A stretch of DNA of 64,000 nucleotides from Octopus sinensis (lineage: Eukaryota): NCBI RefSeq assembly GCF_006345805.1, contig NC_043013.1:54746001-54810000 (forward strand), in the 5' to 3' direction. The notes beneath the pieces are model-generated. The model was not told the DNA's origin. It saw only the letters and a program-made list of their open reading frames with translations, and searched no databases. Every line of letters begins with the position of its first letter. Within the stretch, counting starts at the first letter, position 1. A program made the position numbers and the translations under genes. This document shows positions 52,700 to 64,000 of this stretch, in pieces.

Positions 52700-53150
52700 T
52701 TATAATCTCAGGGCAGCCTTCACTGACCAGACACACAGTCAAAAACATTTCAGCCATGTGTAAGCCGTTCTTTCCTCAAGTGTCATATACTGAAGACTAC
52801 ATCATCCAACATGTACCTTCTTTTTCAAAGTCATATAATATGATTTAAAAAATTTAGCTGTTATATCTAGCAAGTTGAAGAACCCTGTAGAGATTCCTTC
52901 ATTGGTTTGTCTATAAACAACATTTACCTGGTGGGAATTGACCAGGGTCCTGCATTCCAATAAAGCTCTCATCAATTCTACAATGATGTTGAGAGTGAAA
53001 TGTGCTGACCACAGCCACAAGACTAGTCCAGTGACAGGTTATTGATAAACTATCAATATCTTCTTTGGTTATCTGTCAGGTTCTTGATTGGTCTGATGTA
53101 GGTGTGAATGTTTCGTTGAAAATATGAAGGTATTTTGGGTTGGCAGGATG
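52700..53150 (-). mobile_element. Decayed Penelope-like RT fragment
   Basis: IIVELMRALLEC..VYRQTNEGISTG resembles I.ELL..L....Y.Q..G.AMG; RYMLDDVVF resembles RYIDDIF. Confidence 0.5.
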
Positions 53151-53344
53151 GAACATTATAAAAGAGTGGATTTTAATGATGAAGCATTATTAATAGGGGA
53201 CAATCGATGGAAGGAAGAGAGGGAATTAAAAAAAAAGAAGTAAAAGGTAACATGCATAAGGGAAGTGGAAGTATAAAAGAAACTGAAGGAAAAAAAAAGA
53301 CATGTATATATATATGGATGTATCATGATAGAGAGATGGACAGA

Positions 53345-53382
<38 letters not shown>

Positions 53383-53419
53383 AACATATAGAAAGAGAGA
53401 GAACAAGTAAGAAATGAAT

Positions 53420-53722
53420 GTGTGTGTCTGTAATGGTTAGCATTCTGGATTTTGGATCAAGTGACCTCAGTTCAAATCTCAATGAGACCTTAATACTTTT
53501 TTTAACCGTAAAGTAGGAAGTTTACTCCCCAATAACATGTTTCTGGGTTCACTCCTACTGAGTGGCTTCTTTACATTTCTTAGTAGTTTGGCAAAAAAGA
53601 GTGATAAAACAAATACCAGGTTTAAAAAATATAAAATATGGGATCGATTTGTTCGACTAAACTCTACAAGGCAAGTGCACCAGCATGGCTGCAGTCCAAT
53701 GACTAAAATACATAAAAGATAA
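53420..53722 (+). mobile_element. Diverged SINE (tRNA-like head plus family B-type tail)
   Basis: tggttagcattctgg..cagttcaaatctc; gggatcgatttgttcgactaaa..ccagcatggctgcagtccaatgac. Confidence 0.65.
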
Positions 53723-53728
53723 TATATA

Positions 53729-53794
53729 CGTATGCATGTATGTATGTATGTATGTATGTATGTGTGTATGTATGTATATATGTATGTGTGTATG

Positions 53795-53828
<34 letters not shown>

Positions 53829-53870
53829 TGTATGTATGTATGTATGTATGTATGTGTGTGTGTATGTATG

Positions 53871-53902
<32 letters not shown>

Positions 53903-54128
53903 CATGTATGTGTGTATGTGTGTATGTATGTATGTATATATGTATGTATGTATGTATGTATGTGTGTATGTATGTATGTATGTGTGTATGTATGTTATGC
54001 ATGCATGTATGTATGTATGTACGTATGTATGTATGTATTGTATGCATGTATGTATGTATGTATGTATGTATGTATGTATGTATGTGTGTATGTATGTATG
54101 TATGTATGTATGTATGTATGTATGTATG

Positions 54129-54157
<29 letters not shown>
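53729..54157. repeat. (GTAT)n tetranucleotide array
   Basis: Direct reading. Confidence 0.97.
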
Positions 54158-54160
<3 letters not shown>

Positions 54161-57123
54161 ACAGGGAGAGAGAGTAGCAACTAAAAGAGGAAAAATTATA
54201 AGTCAGTAAATGAAGAAAAAAAATTAGGAGATTGAAATCGAGAGAGATAAGGATAAAAAGGAAGGATAAGACAAACAAACAGAAAGTTGAATAAATAAGT
54301 AAAACCTGAGTTTATTTAGTAAGATGGAGATATCAGATTGTTGCTAGTGTCTTCTCCATCTTCTACTATAAGCAAAAAGCAGCCATGCTTGTAGAGAAAA
54401 TGTGGAGTAATTTAAAAGTAGTGAAGAAGGTGTAGAATTGTTGTTAAAGGTAAGGGTGTGTTGGGTGGGAGGATACCAGTCTGAACAGTGGAAAGGTTCT
54501 GTGGTGGAGCAGTGTGGTGGGGTGGTGGAGTGTTGTCGGATGTTCAAGTGAACATTGTTGGAATAGGAGGAGGAGGAGGAGGAAATAAAATTTAGTGAAA
54601 TGAGTTGATAGAAAAAGAATGAATGGGTGTGAGAATAAAGGGGAGGGGGGATTGTGGTTAGTTAGAATTCCGTGTTGTAAGACTATTGGTGGGAAGGAAA
54701 GGAATGGGAATAGAATGTTGGAGAAAGGAAAGTCCCAAGGGCTTGGATTAAATAGTGAGTGATTAGACAAATAATTAAGAAATAAAAAGAGGCAAACATA
54801 AGGAGGACTGGGAGGAGGAGGAGGATGGGAGAGAGAGAGAGTGTGTGTGTGTGTAAGGGGTGTTTGATAATTGAACTAAAATTGCTCTGAAAAAGATCCT
54901 ATTAAAGGAAATATACCTCAGAGGGAAATGAGAGAGAGAGAAAGAGAGGGAGAAAATTAAGCAATGAATAAGGTACAATATGTATGAAGAACTGTTAGGG
55001 AGAGAAAAAAAGGTGAGTTTAAAAATATTTCATCTGAGAAAGAGTAAAAGGGAAGAAGAAGGGATCTGTAGTGTAAAGAAGAGTTTTGCAGAATGTAAAA
55101 ATAGCAGCTAAAGTTATATCACCATCATTGTTGTGTTGATACAGATATATTTCATTGTGTAACAGGCAAGGCATATGAATGAGTAAAGTGGAAAGATGAA
55201 TATATATACTTGTAAGTTGTGTGAATGTGTATATCGTATGCATATGTAAGTATATGAAGTGAATTCAGTTGATGATAAAACTGTTAGATAGCATTTAACA
55301 CCTGTTTTGTTCACATTCTCCATTCTCTATGAGGTGATAAATCAATGTAGCTGGGATAAACCATTGTAAATTGTACATGCAATATGAAATTTCTGAAATT
55401 TCATTTCCAACATCAAGAAAATACATCAAGAATATGAATTTTGACAATTTTTACTCAGAAGGAGTAAATGTTATAAATATACTCAAGATGAATTTTACCC
55501 TTACAGAGTTAGCAATGGAACAAAGATATCATACAATGTTGGCATCCTTTTTGTCTCGGGAGACAATGGAGTTGCGCATAAAGACAAGTGGATCTGCATG
55601 ATGCTTACATGAGCTGCAAGTGGATATATGATGTGTCACAAGATACAAGTGATTCTGCATAATGTATAAACAGGATGCAACTGAGTCTGCAACTGAGTCT
55701 GTTGAAAGTGAAGGTGCAATGATGTGAGCATAATAGTATATATGGATGTATAAATTTATGTTTCATTGAGTTGGTGTGTAAAGTGAAACAGGATTTTATC
55801 CTTTGCTCCACTATAAATTGCAGCTTCAGAAAGTGTTGACTTGCTAATGCAGCACTGAGCTAATGATGCTGGAGTCATGATATCGATACAAACTTATGAT
55901 ACTAGACTGAGATGTTCACTATTCTGCTCCATGACATTTTGGCAGTTTGTAGAAGAGATATTTTGATTGCTGTCCATTGTTGCTATGTTTACCCCACTCA
56001 GGTGTCTCTTCCTTCCAACACTCATATTATGCCTGTCCCCACTTCCAACTTCCAAAATAACCACTAGGTCCAGTCCTTTCTTCTCAAGGTGTTGGCTCTT
56101 TCAGATCTTCTCCCTGCCTGTGTATCTTTCCTGTTATATAAAATTACTTCGCATATATATGTGTGTGTGTATATAAGTGTTTGTGTTTGTGTGTGATTGT
56201 GTATATATATATGTATGTATGTGTGTAAGTACACATTTATGTACACATAGATATGGGAGGTGAAATAGAAAGAAAACTAAGGAATAGATTCAGATAAAAA
56301 AGGGGGGGAAAAGCAAGAATGACCTGCAATTGGGATAAAAAAAAAACGAAGTTATGAAGGTGTGAGACAAGAAAGAGTGAATAAAAGTATGGTAAGAGAT
56401 GGAAGCAGAGACATAAGCAAAATAACAAGAGGAGGAGGGTAGAAGGAGGAAGGTAGAAGGAGGTGGGTAGAAGGAGATGGGTGAAGTTGTTGGTAAAAAT
56501 AACAACAAAAGCAAATCAAAAAATATTCAGATGAAAAAAATTAGGAAATAAAAGGAAAGTAAAAAAAAAAAAAATCATATAAAAAAATCAGAAGCTGAAT
56601 GATATATTAGGAAATGGTATGGTTTTGCCCATATAACCATGATGATAGTGAAATGAGTTGAGTGGAAGAAGAGCTGTTCAAAAAAGTCTGATATAATATT
56701 ATTGAAGATGTTTGTTTTATCTTGTGTTAAACTACTTCTTTCTTACAAGCCTTTTGTCAATTTACTTATCCAATTTTATTGGGTAGAAAGGAAGAAGTTA
56801 ACAAGTTTTATTTTGCTTTCTTTATATTTCTAAAGCTTTCTAAATCTTCCTTTAACTGATTTGGCTGATTTTCATTTCAGAATGTTCTGACAGTATTTAC
56901 TCTCCTCATAAACTTAACTCCACCTTACTGCCTACTTTGATCACTATTGCTGTTTTCAAAAGGCAATAACTTCCATAAGTTAAGCCAAGTCCTTTTTTCT
57001 ACTCTACATATATGTAAAGCTCTCCCTCTTCATATATATATATATATTACACACATATACCTATTATACATATACACATGTTCCTTTTTTATATACAAAG
57101 AATAGATGTTATATGTATGCATG

Positions 57124-57160
<37 letters not shown>

Positions 57161-58349
57161 GATATATACACACAAATATATATTATGTATAAATTATATA
57201 GAGGTAATTATATTTACAGACACACAAACACACACAAACACACAATATAAACAGAAGTCGTTGGCGATGAAGTGAAACTATACTAAAAATTGATTAATAG
57301 ATACTAGTCATGCATTTAGCCCAAAACATACACACACTTAGCTATCTACATCCCCCACACACACACACACATAGATATATATAGTGAGAGAAAGAGGGAG
57401 AGATAGATAGATAGATATACACGCACCCCCCATCATATATTTATATATATATATACACACACACACAATCACACAAGGCTTCTTAAAAACTTCTTCCAAA
57501 CATTTTCAGTGATTTATTTATATTTTCATTCCATTTGTGATCTTTCAAGTAAAACCGATGGGTTTTAATATACTTCTTTTATTTCTCACCATTTTGTCCC
57601 TTCCATATTCTATTCTAAGTGGAATCTTTTCACTCTAAGTCTTCTTCCACAACAAGGCACATTTCTCTATAACACATATATTGATAAAAGATTTTGGCAA
57701 CACCCTATTAATCCTAATTTCATTTTCTCTAGCCACATATCATATCTTCAATCATTCATTGCCAACTTTTTTTTGTGTTTAATTTCATTTCTTTTCTTTT
57801 TTTTTCCCCTCATTTCTTTTTCTCACTTTTTCCATATTTCTAGAAATTCAATTTCAGTAAAAATAAAAAGGAAAATATAAAGAAAAAAAAATACGGAAAT
57901 GAATCTACAAAAGGGTGAAGAAAGAGTCCTGTGTATGCACAGACATTAATAATTTAATATGCTGCTGGACTTTGGCTCTCTCCTCAACTGTATTTTACAT
58001 GTATGCACACACACACACATGCATATACACATGTATTTATCGTATATGCTGCTATGTATAATGTAGAGATAATATAGAGAGACCTATTGTATATGAAAAT
58101 ATGTACGTTATGTACATTTGATAATATCTAAGTAAATCATAAATATGAAATCTCACTTTGTATATGTGTGTGTGCATGTGCGGCACATGTTTGTATATGT
58201 GTGTACATGTGTATGTATACATATATATATATATATATAAATTAATAAATAAAATAAAACATATGCATATATACATATATACATACATATATATACGTAC
58301 CTACCTCTACATGTATATATACATGCATATATGGGTACAGGACACCCAT

Positions 58350-58396
<47 letters not shown>

Positions 58397-58429
58397 ATAG
58401 ATAGATAAATATAGGCACATACATATCTA

Positions 58430-58700
58430 AAGTTACTCTGTCCAAGTGCAGGTTAATACCAGTAATTATTGGGGCCCTGCGATATGTAATACACTGCCTA
58501 AATACCAATCTTGAGAAGTTAGGCTTCTCAAAACTAGAAAGGGGAAAGTTAATTCAAAGACTACATATCAAATCCATTACTGGAACCGTAAAAATCTGCA
58601 AAACTTTACAGACGTTTATCATTTTAGTGTATATGAGCATGTCTAGATATGCAACTGCATGCATGAGAATGCATACATAAAACATACAAATCTGCACATA
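58430..58700 (+). mobile_element. RLE-clade LINE 3' end (second family)
   Basis: Open frame RLIPVIIGALRYV..NLEKLGFSKLE..LIQRLHIKSITGTVKICKTL, homologous to the RLE C-terminus (IP...GALG...LQ....GT..I) also seen at ~8460-8616. Confidence 0.75.
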
Positions 58701-58801
58701 CATACATTCATATTACATACACACATACATACATGCATGCATACATACATACATACATAATACATACATACATACATACATACATGCATGCATGCATGCA
58801 T

Positions 58802-58852
<51 letters not shown>

Positions 58853-58856
58853 CACA

Positions 58857-58888
<32 letters not shown>

Positions 58889-58934
58889 CACACGCACGCC
58901 ACGCACGCACGCACGCACGCACGCATGCATGCAT

Positions 58935-58965
<31 letters not shown>

Positions 58966-59078
58966 CACACGCACACCACACACACACACACACATACACA
59001 TACATACATACATACATACATACATACATACATACATTACATACATACATACATACATTACATACATACATACATACA

Positions 59079-59109
<31 letters not shown>

Positions 59110-59115
59110 CATACA

Positions 59116-59146
<31 letters not shown>

Positions 59147-59156
59147 CATACATACA

Positions 59157-59187
<31 letters not shown>

Positions 59188-59206
59188 CATACATTACATA
59201 CATACA

Positions 59207-59237
<31 letters not shown>

Positions 59238-59388
59238 CATACATAACATACATACATTCATACATTCATACATACATACATACATACATACATACATACA
59301 TACATACATTACATACATACATACATACATTACATACATAACATACATACATTCATACATACATTACATACATACATACATACATACA

Positions 59389-59419
<31 letters not shown>

Positions 59420-60080
59420 CATTACATACATAACATACATACATACATACATACATACATGCATACATACATACTTACATGCATGCATGCATGCATGCAT
59501 GCAGCATGCATACATACATACATGCATACATGCATGCATGCATGCATGCATACATACATACCTACTACATACATACATACATACATACATACACATACAT
59601 GCATGCATACATGCATACATACATACATGCATACATGCATACATACATACATACATGCATCATGCATGCATACATACATACATACATACATACAACATAC
59701 ATACTACATACATACATGCATACATGCATATAGACATACATACATACATACATACATGCACATACATACATACATACATACATACATAATGCATGCATGC
59801 ATACATACATACATACATACATACATGCATACATACATACATGATAATACATACATACATACATACATACATACATACATACTGCATACATGCATGCATA
59901 CATACATGCATGCATACATACATACATACATACATACATACATACATACATACATAATACATACATACATGCATACATGCACATACATAACATACATACA
60001 TACATACATACATACATACATTCATACATTACATACATTCATACATTCATACATACATACATACATACAATATAATATAA
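58700..60080. repeat. ~1.4-kb compound (CATA)/(CATG)/(CACG)/(CA) array
   Basis: Direct reading. Confidence 0.97.
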
Positions 60081-60509
60081 ATATGTATACATGTATGTAA
60101 ATATACATCATGCACATTTACATTGATTTTTAACACCTACATTTCCATGTTTGCATGGGTCTAATAGAATTCATGGAGGCCAATTTTCCATACCCACTTG
60201 CGCTTCCTGTCAACAACTCTTATTTGTTTCCAAGCAAGGTGATATCTACCTGTGACCAGACATATTTTCATCGAAGATAGAAAATGAAATGCCATCAAAT
60301 GTATGACAAAGACATTCATTTACAACGACCATGCAATGTGCATTTGAAATGGCACACACACACACGTATGAAATACCAAAGCCTTTTGAGTGGATTTGAA
60401 TGACAAAAACTGAATAAAACCTGTCGTATTTGTTTTATGTAGTGCGTGTGTGTTTGGGTATAAACGTTGTCTTGAGATTATGTGATGATTGTAAAAATGC
60501 ATCAGCATC

Positions 60510-60680
60510 ATTCGAGTGATAATGTTCCTTTCCTATCTTCCATGGTGAAATATTTCCTAGGTTGGAAACAGGTGAAGTTTGGTGACAGGAAGGGTATCCA
60601 TTTGTAGAAAATCTACTTCGACAAATTCGGTCCAACCCATGGAAAAGTGGAAATTGAATAATGATGAAGATGATCATGAT
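60510..60680 (+). mobile_element. Family C retroposon, diverged
   Basis: ggtgacaggaagggtatccatttgtagaaa...ccaacccatggaaaagtggaaatt..atgatg. Confidence 0.7.
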
Positions 60681-61654
60681 TACATATATTGTGTGTGTGT
60701 GTGTGTGTGTGCACGCAATGTGGGTGTCTTTTCATATGTGTGTATGCTGTGTAGGAACACATAAACACACACACACACATGTATATATAAATATATACAG
60801 TCTGTATGTATCATAGAAATTGCATAACTAAATACGTACTAAAATTTTACAGCAAGTTGGCTATGAAGTGTATTTCATTAAATTAATCATAAAAAACAGA
60901 TCAGCCAAGAAAAACCTTGGATAAAAATCATCTGAAATTTATTGATACCTAATGTTGTTTTCCTGTTGTTGCAATTGAAAAGGTAGTCATTAAGTTATAA
61001 ATAAATCAATTCATATAAATTAAATGGTTTAAGACATAATTTTAACGAGAGACTCACTTTGATTCTGAAGCACCACCACTGTTGATTTTCTTTAAAACAA
61101 ACCTAACCAATTTCCAGTTACTGTCATTATTAATTTCCCAGAATTTATTGAGAAGCTCATTAATGACATAATGCTGGTTTCCTATTTAGTCCCAAAGTCA
61201 GCAGTTTCCAGGTGTGGGAGTAAGTTGATACCATCAACTCCCGCTTTTGACTGGTGCTTTATTTATTCTTATCAGCCTCAAGGGATAAACAGTAATGGTG
61301 ACACTGACAGAGCATGGAATCAGGATGTGAAGAACTTTTGCAAAGTAATTTTTCTGATTCTCTGATGCTTGTATCAGCTTGCTGCCCTTAGTGATGTAAT
61401 TCTGTAAACTAACAAAACACAAGGAAAAGGACCAGCCTGTTTGTGACCCTTTAAAGAAATAATCGAGTTTCAAGAAGTAGGAATGAGAAAATATGTAAAT
61501 TTCAAAAACTGTAGGGATGTTTTTATGATAACAAGGAACCATACTGCTTCCTGAAAGGGAATACAGCATTTGCAGAATATAGGGTGTCATATTTACTTTT
61601 TCCTTATAGATTTCTTTGTTGTTTTTTGCCCCATCTTCCTTTCTACACAATAAA

Positions 61655-61841
61655 ATTGTTAGCATCGCAGACAAAATGCTTAGCGGCATTTCTTCAGGCA
61701 TTATGTTCTGAGTTCAAATTCCACTGAGGTCAACTTTGCATTTCATCCTTTCAGGGTCAATAAATAAAATATCAGTAATCAACTTAATCCCTCCCACAAA
61801 ATTTCAGACCTTGTGTTTATAGAAGAAAGGACTACTACTAC

Positions 61842-61883
<42 letters not shown>

Positions 61884-61903
61884 CATTATTATTATTATTA
61901 TTA

Positions 61904-61934
<31 letters not shown>

Positions 61935-62199
61935 CATTATTATTATTATTATTATCATTATTATTATTAAGATGATGAGGTGGAGAGCTGACAGAATTGT
62001 TAACATACTGGGAAAAATACTTAGCTGTGTTTCAGCTGCCTTTACATTGTGAGTTCAAATTCTGCCAAGGTCAGTTTTATTTTCCATTCTTTCTGAGTCA
62101 ATAAAACAAAGTACCAGTTGGGTACTAGGGTTGATGTAATTGACTTACCCCTCACTTCCCATGAAATTACTGGCCTTGTGTCAAACTATAAAGCTATTA

Positions 62200-62237
<38 letters not shown>

Positions 62238-62454
62238 TATTATTATTATTATATTAATGTAGCAAGCTGGCAGAATCATGAGCATGCTGGACAAAATACT
62301 TTGCTGTATCAAATGCCTCTGAGGTTGACTTTGTTTTTCATTTTCACAGAGCTGCTAAAATAAGTACCAGTCATGTACTGGGGTGTATGATATCAATGTA
62401 ATCCTTCCCTTAAAATTGGAGACTTTGTGCCAAAATTTTCAACCATTATTATTA

Positions 62455-62498
<44 letters not shown>

Positions 62499-62500
62499 GT
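61655..62500 (+). mobile_element. Three head-to-tail SINE family A copies separated by (ATT)n
   Basis: Cores near 61700, 62060 and 62320; (ATT)n at ~61843-61970, 62195-62255, 62445-62510. Confidence 0.85.
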
Positions 62501-64000
62501 TATTGTTATTATGTCAAAGCTTCCTTGCAACCACATCCCCATTGCAAACATATATGTTTTTGCTTCATTTTAATATTCTCATCTAGGCAAGCTTTGATAT
62601 TCAGTCTTGCAGGCATATTTATAACCAATGTGAACTCACCTCTACCTTTACATTTCTGCTCATAACCAAAACAGGCAAAAAGCAATTTCAATCCTTTTTT
62701 TTTTAGCCTTCTGATAATCTTCTACTTTTAGTTGTGTCATGTGCCATTAGATTTCATACAATACATCAGACAAGGAGGTTTTTGCACACAAAAATGGCTT
62801 CAGCGCCAACAAGTGTAGAAATATATTGGAAATAAACCAGCCATTAGGATCTTGAGGAATTAGAATGGAAGTTGAATATGTACTAATTAGATTGCCACGA
62901 TAGTTGATTGTGTGTTTTAAGAGAAAATAAATAGGATTTAGGGAAACCAGCTGCTGTGTATGAGGGAAATGGCTGCATTGTGGTTGTCATAGAAGGAGAA
63001 TAAATTATGTAAGCAAGGAAAGCTACAGTATTTGTTGGTTAATGTTTGGTGACACAAAACTGAATGAACGAAGGCAAAATAGTGCAGATGTTCTCTCAGA
63101 ATAGTTTAAACTTAGTATAAAGAATTGTGAAGTAAAAATATATTGGTTTGAAAGATTACATAAAACATATTGTTATGAGAGAAATTACTAAATATTATTA
63201 TCAGAAGTTAACTTTGTATTGAAAAGAAGTTATGAAACAAATAATTACTGCAATAAAACAGAGTAAGAAATAGATGTTAGTAAAAATAGTAACAATACAG
63301 TTAAATACAGTTCTGTGTAGCATTCCAGAAAGTTGAACTTTATAGAAAATATCTATAAATTAAACTGTGCTTGTTTGGACAAAAGAAATCTATCTCTTAA
63401 TAATAGTAACCGCTCCTTGTTGTAATTTCACAACAATTGAATAAATTACAAACATTGAAATGTGCTGCTGATAATGGTGTACACTGCAAGAAACATCCTC
63501 CAGATAAGAATGGCTAATATTAAGTTACATAACAATTTTACCAAACAGTTACATATGCAGAAAAATATTAATGTTTGAAGTATTTTTATATAATTCCAAG
63601 ATATTTTGTTGAAATTAGCAGAGAGAACCGGCAGTAGAATAGAATTTTCAGGAAGACGTTTTTTTAAGAAATTGATTTTTGGTTTGATTTCTGAAGCATA
63701 AATATAACTGTGAACTTTGCAATGATAAAGAGAAACAAAACTGAATAAATGTGTATATTTGCTATAAACAGTAAAGAGTGGCAGGCTTTAAGCTCTTAAC
63801 ACCAATAAAACTATTTCAACGTTGAATATTTTGAATTAGGTTCCTTGAAAAATTATGTTTGTATGAAAGAAAAGTAAATTTACTAAGTGTTGTTGTAGTT
63901 AGATGAAGGATGTAGTGAAAGAAATCTATATAATTCCATTTGAGATATTTAAACTGTTTTTGATTGCTTAGCAAGACTTCTAGTTTCACAAAACAGGTCA

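Noticed and set aside
61234-61701. 155-aa minus-strand ORF
   Set aside because: Both ends lie in SINE family A sequence; middle unrecognised
43413-62660. Minus-strand exon chain (62.6k, 61.1k, 49.0k, 44.9k, 43.5k) that joins in phase
   Set aside because: An equally consistent chain exists on the plus strand and the product is unrecognisable, so phase matching alone is not evidence

Overview
AT-rich, microsatellite-dense animal genomic DNA. The repeat families look like those I recall from octopus (cephalopod) genomes; this assignment is an inference and was not database-checked. Almost every ORF in the supplied track is a translation of (TA)n, (CA)n, (AAT)n or (CATA)n arrays and is not a gene. 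The sequence does support: about 40 SINE-like copies in four families (labelled A-D by me); several decayed R4/Dong-type RLE LINE pieces, two embedded in (AAT)n and one followed by a ~1.4-kb (CATA)n array; two or three decayed Penelope-like elements; RTE and CR1/Jockey-type LINE 3' ends; a mariner fragment with an exact internal inversion; a TTAA-flanked piggyBac-type MITE; two foldback elements; a degenerate two-level satellite; and two local duplications. I could not identify any protein-coding gene. Short splice-site-bounded open frames occur on both strands, and phase-compatible chains can be built on either, so they are listed only as low-confidence candidates. The best gene hint is a CpG-enriched, promoter-like patch with a minus-strand donor at ~21.5 kb. 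I do not see a clearly novel biological system. The most interesting signals are microsatellite-associated retrotransposition, the two-level satellite and the fold-back/dsRNA-forming structures.
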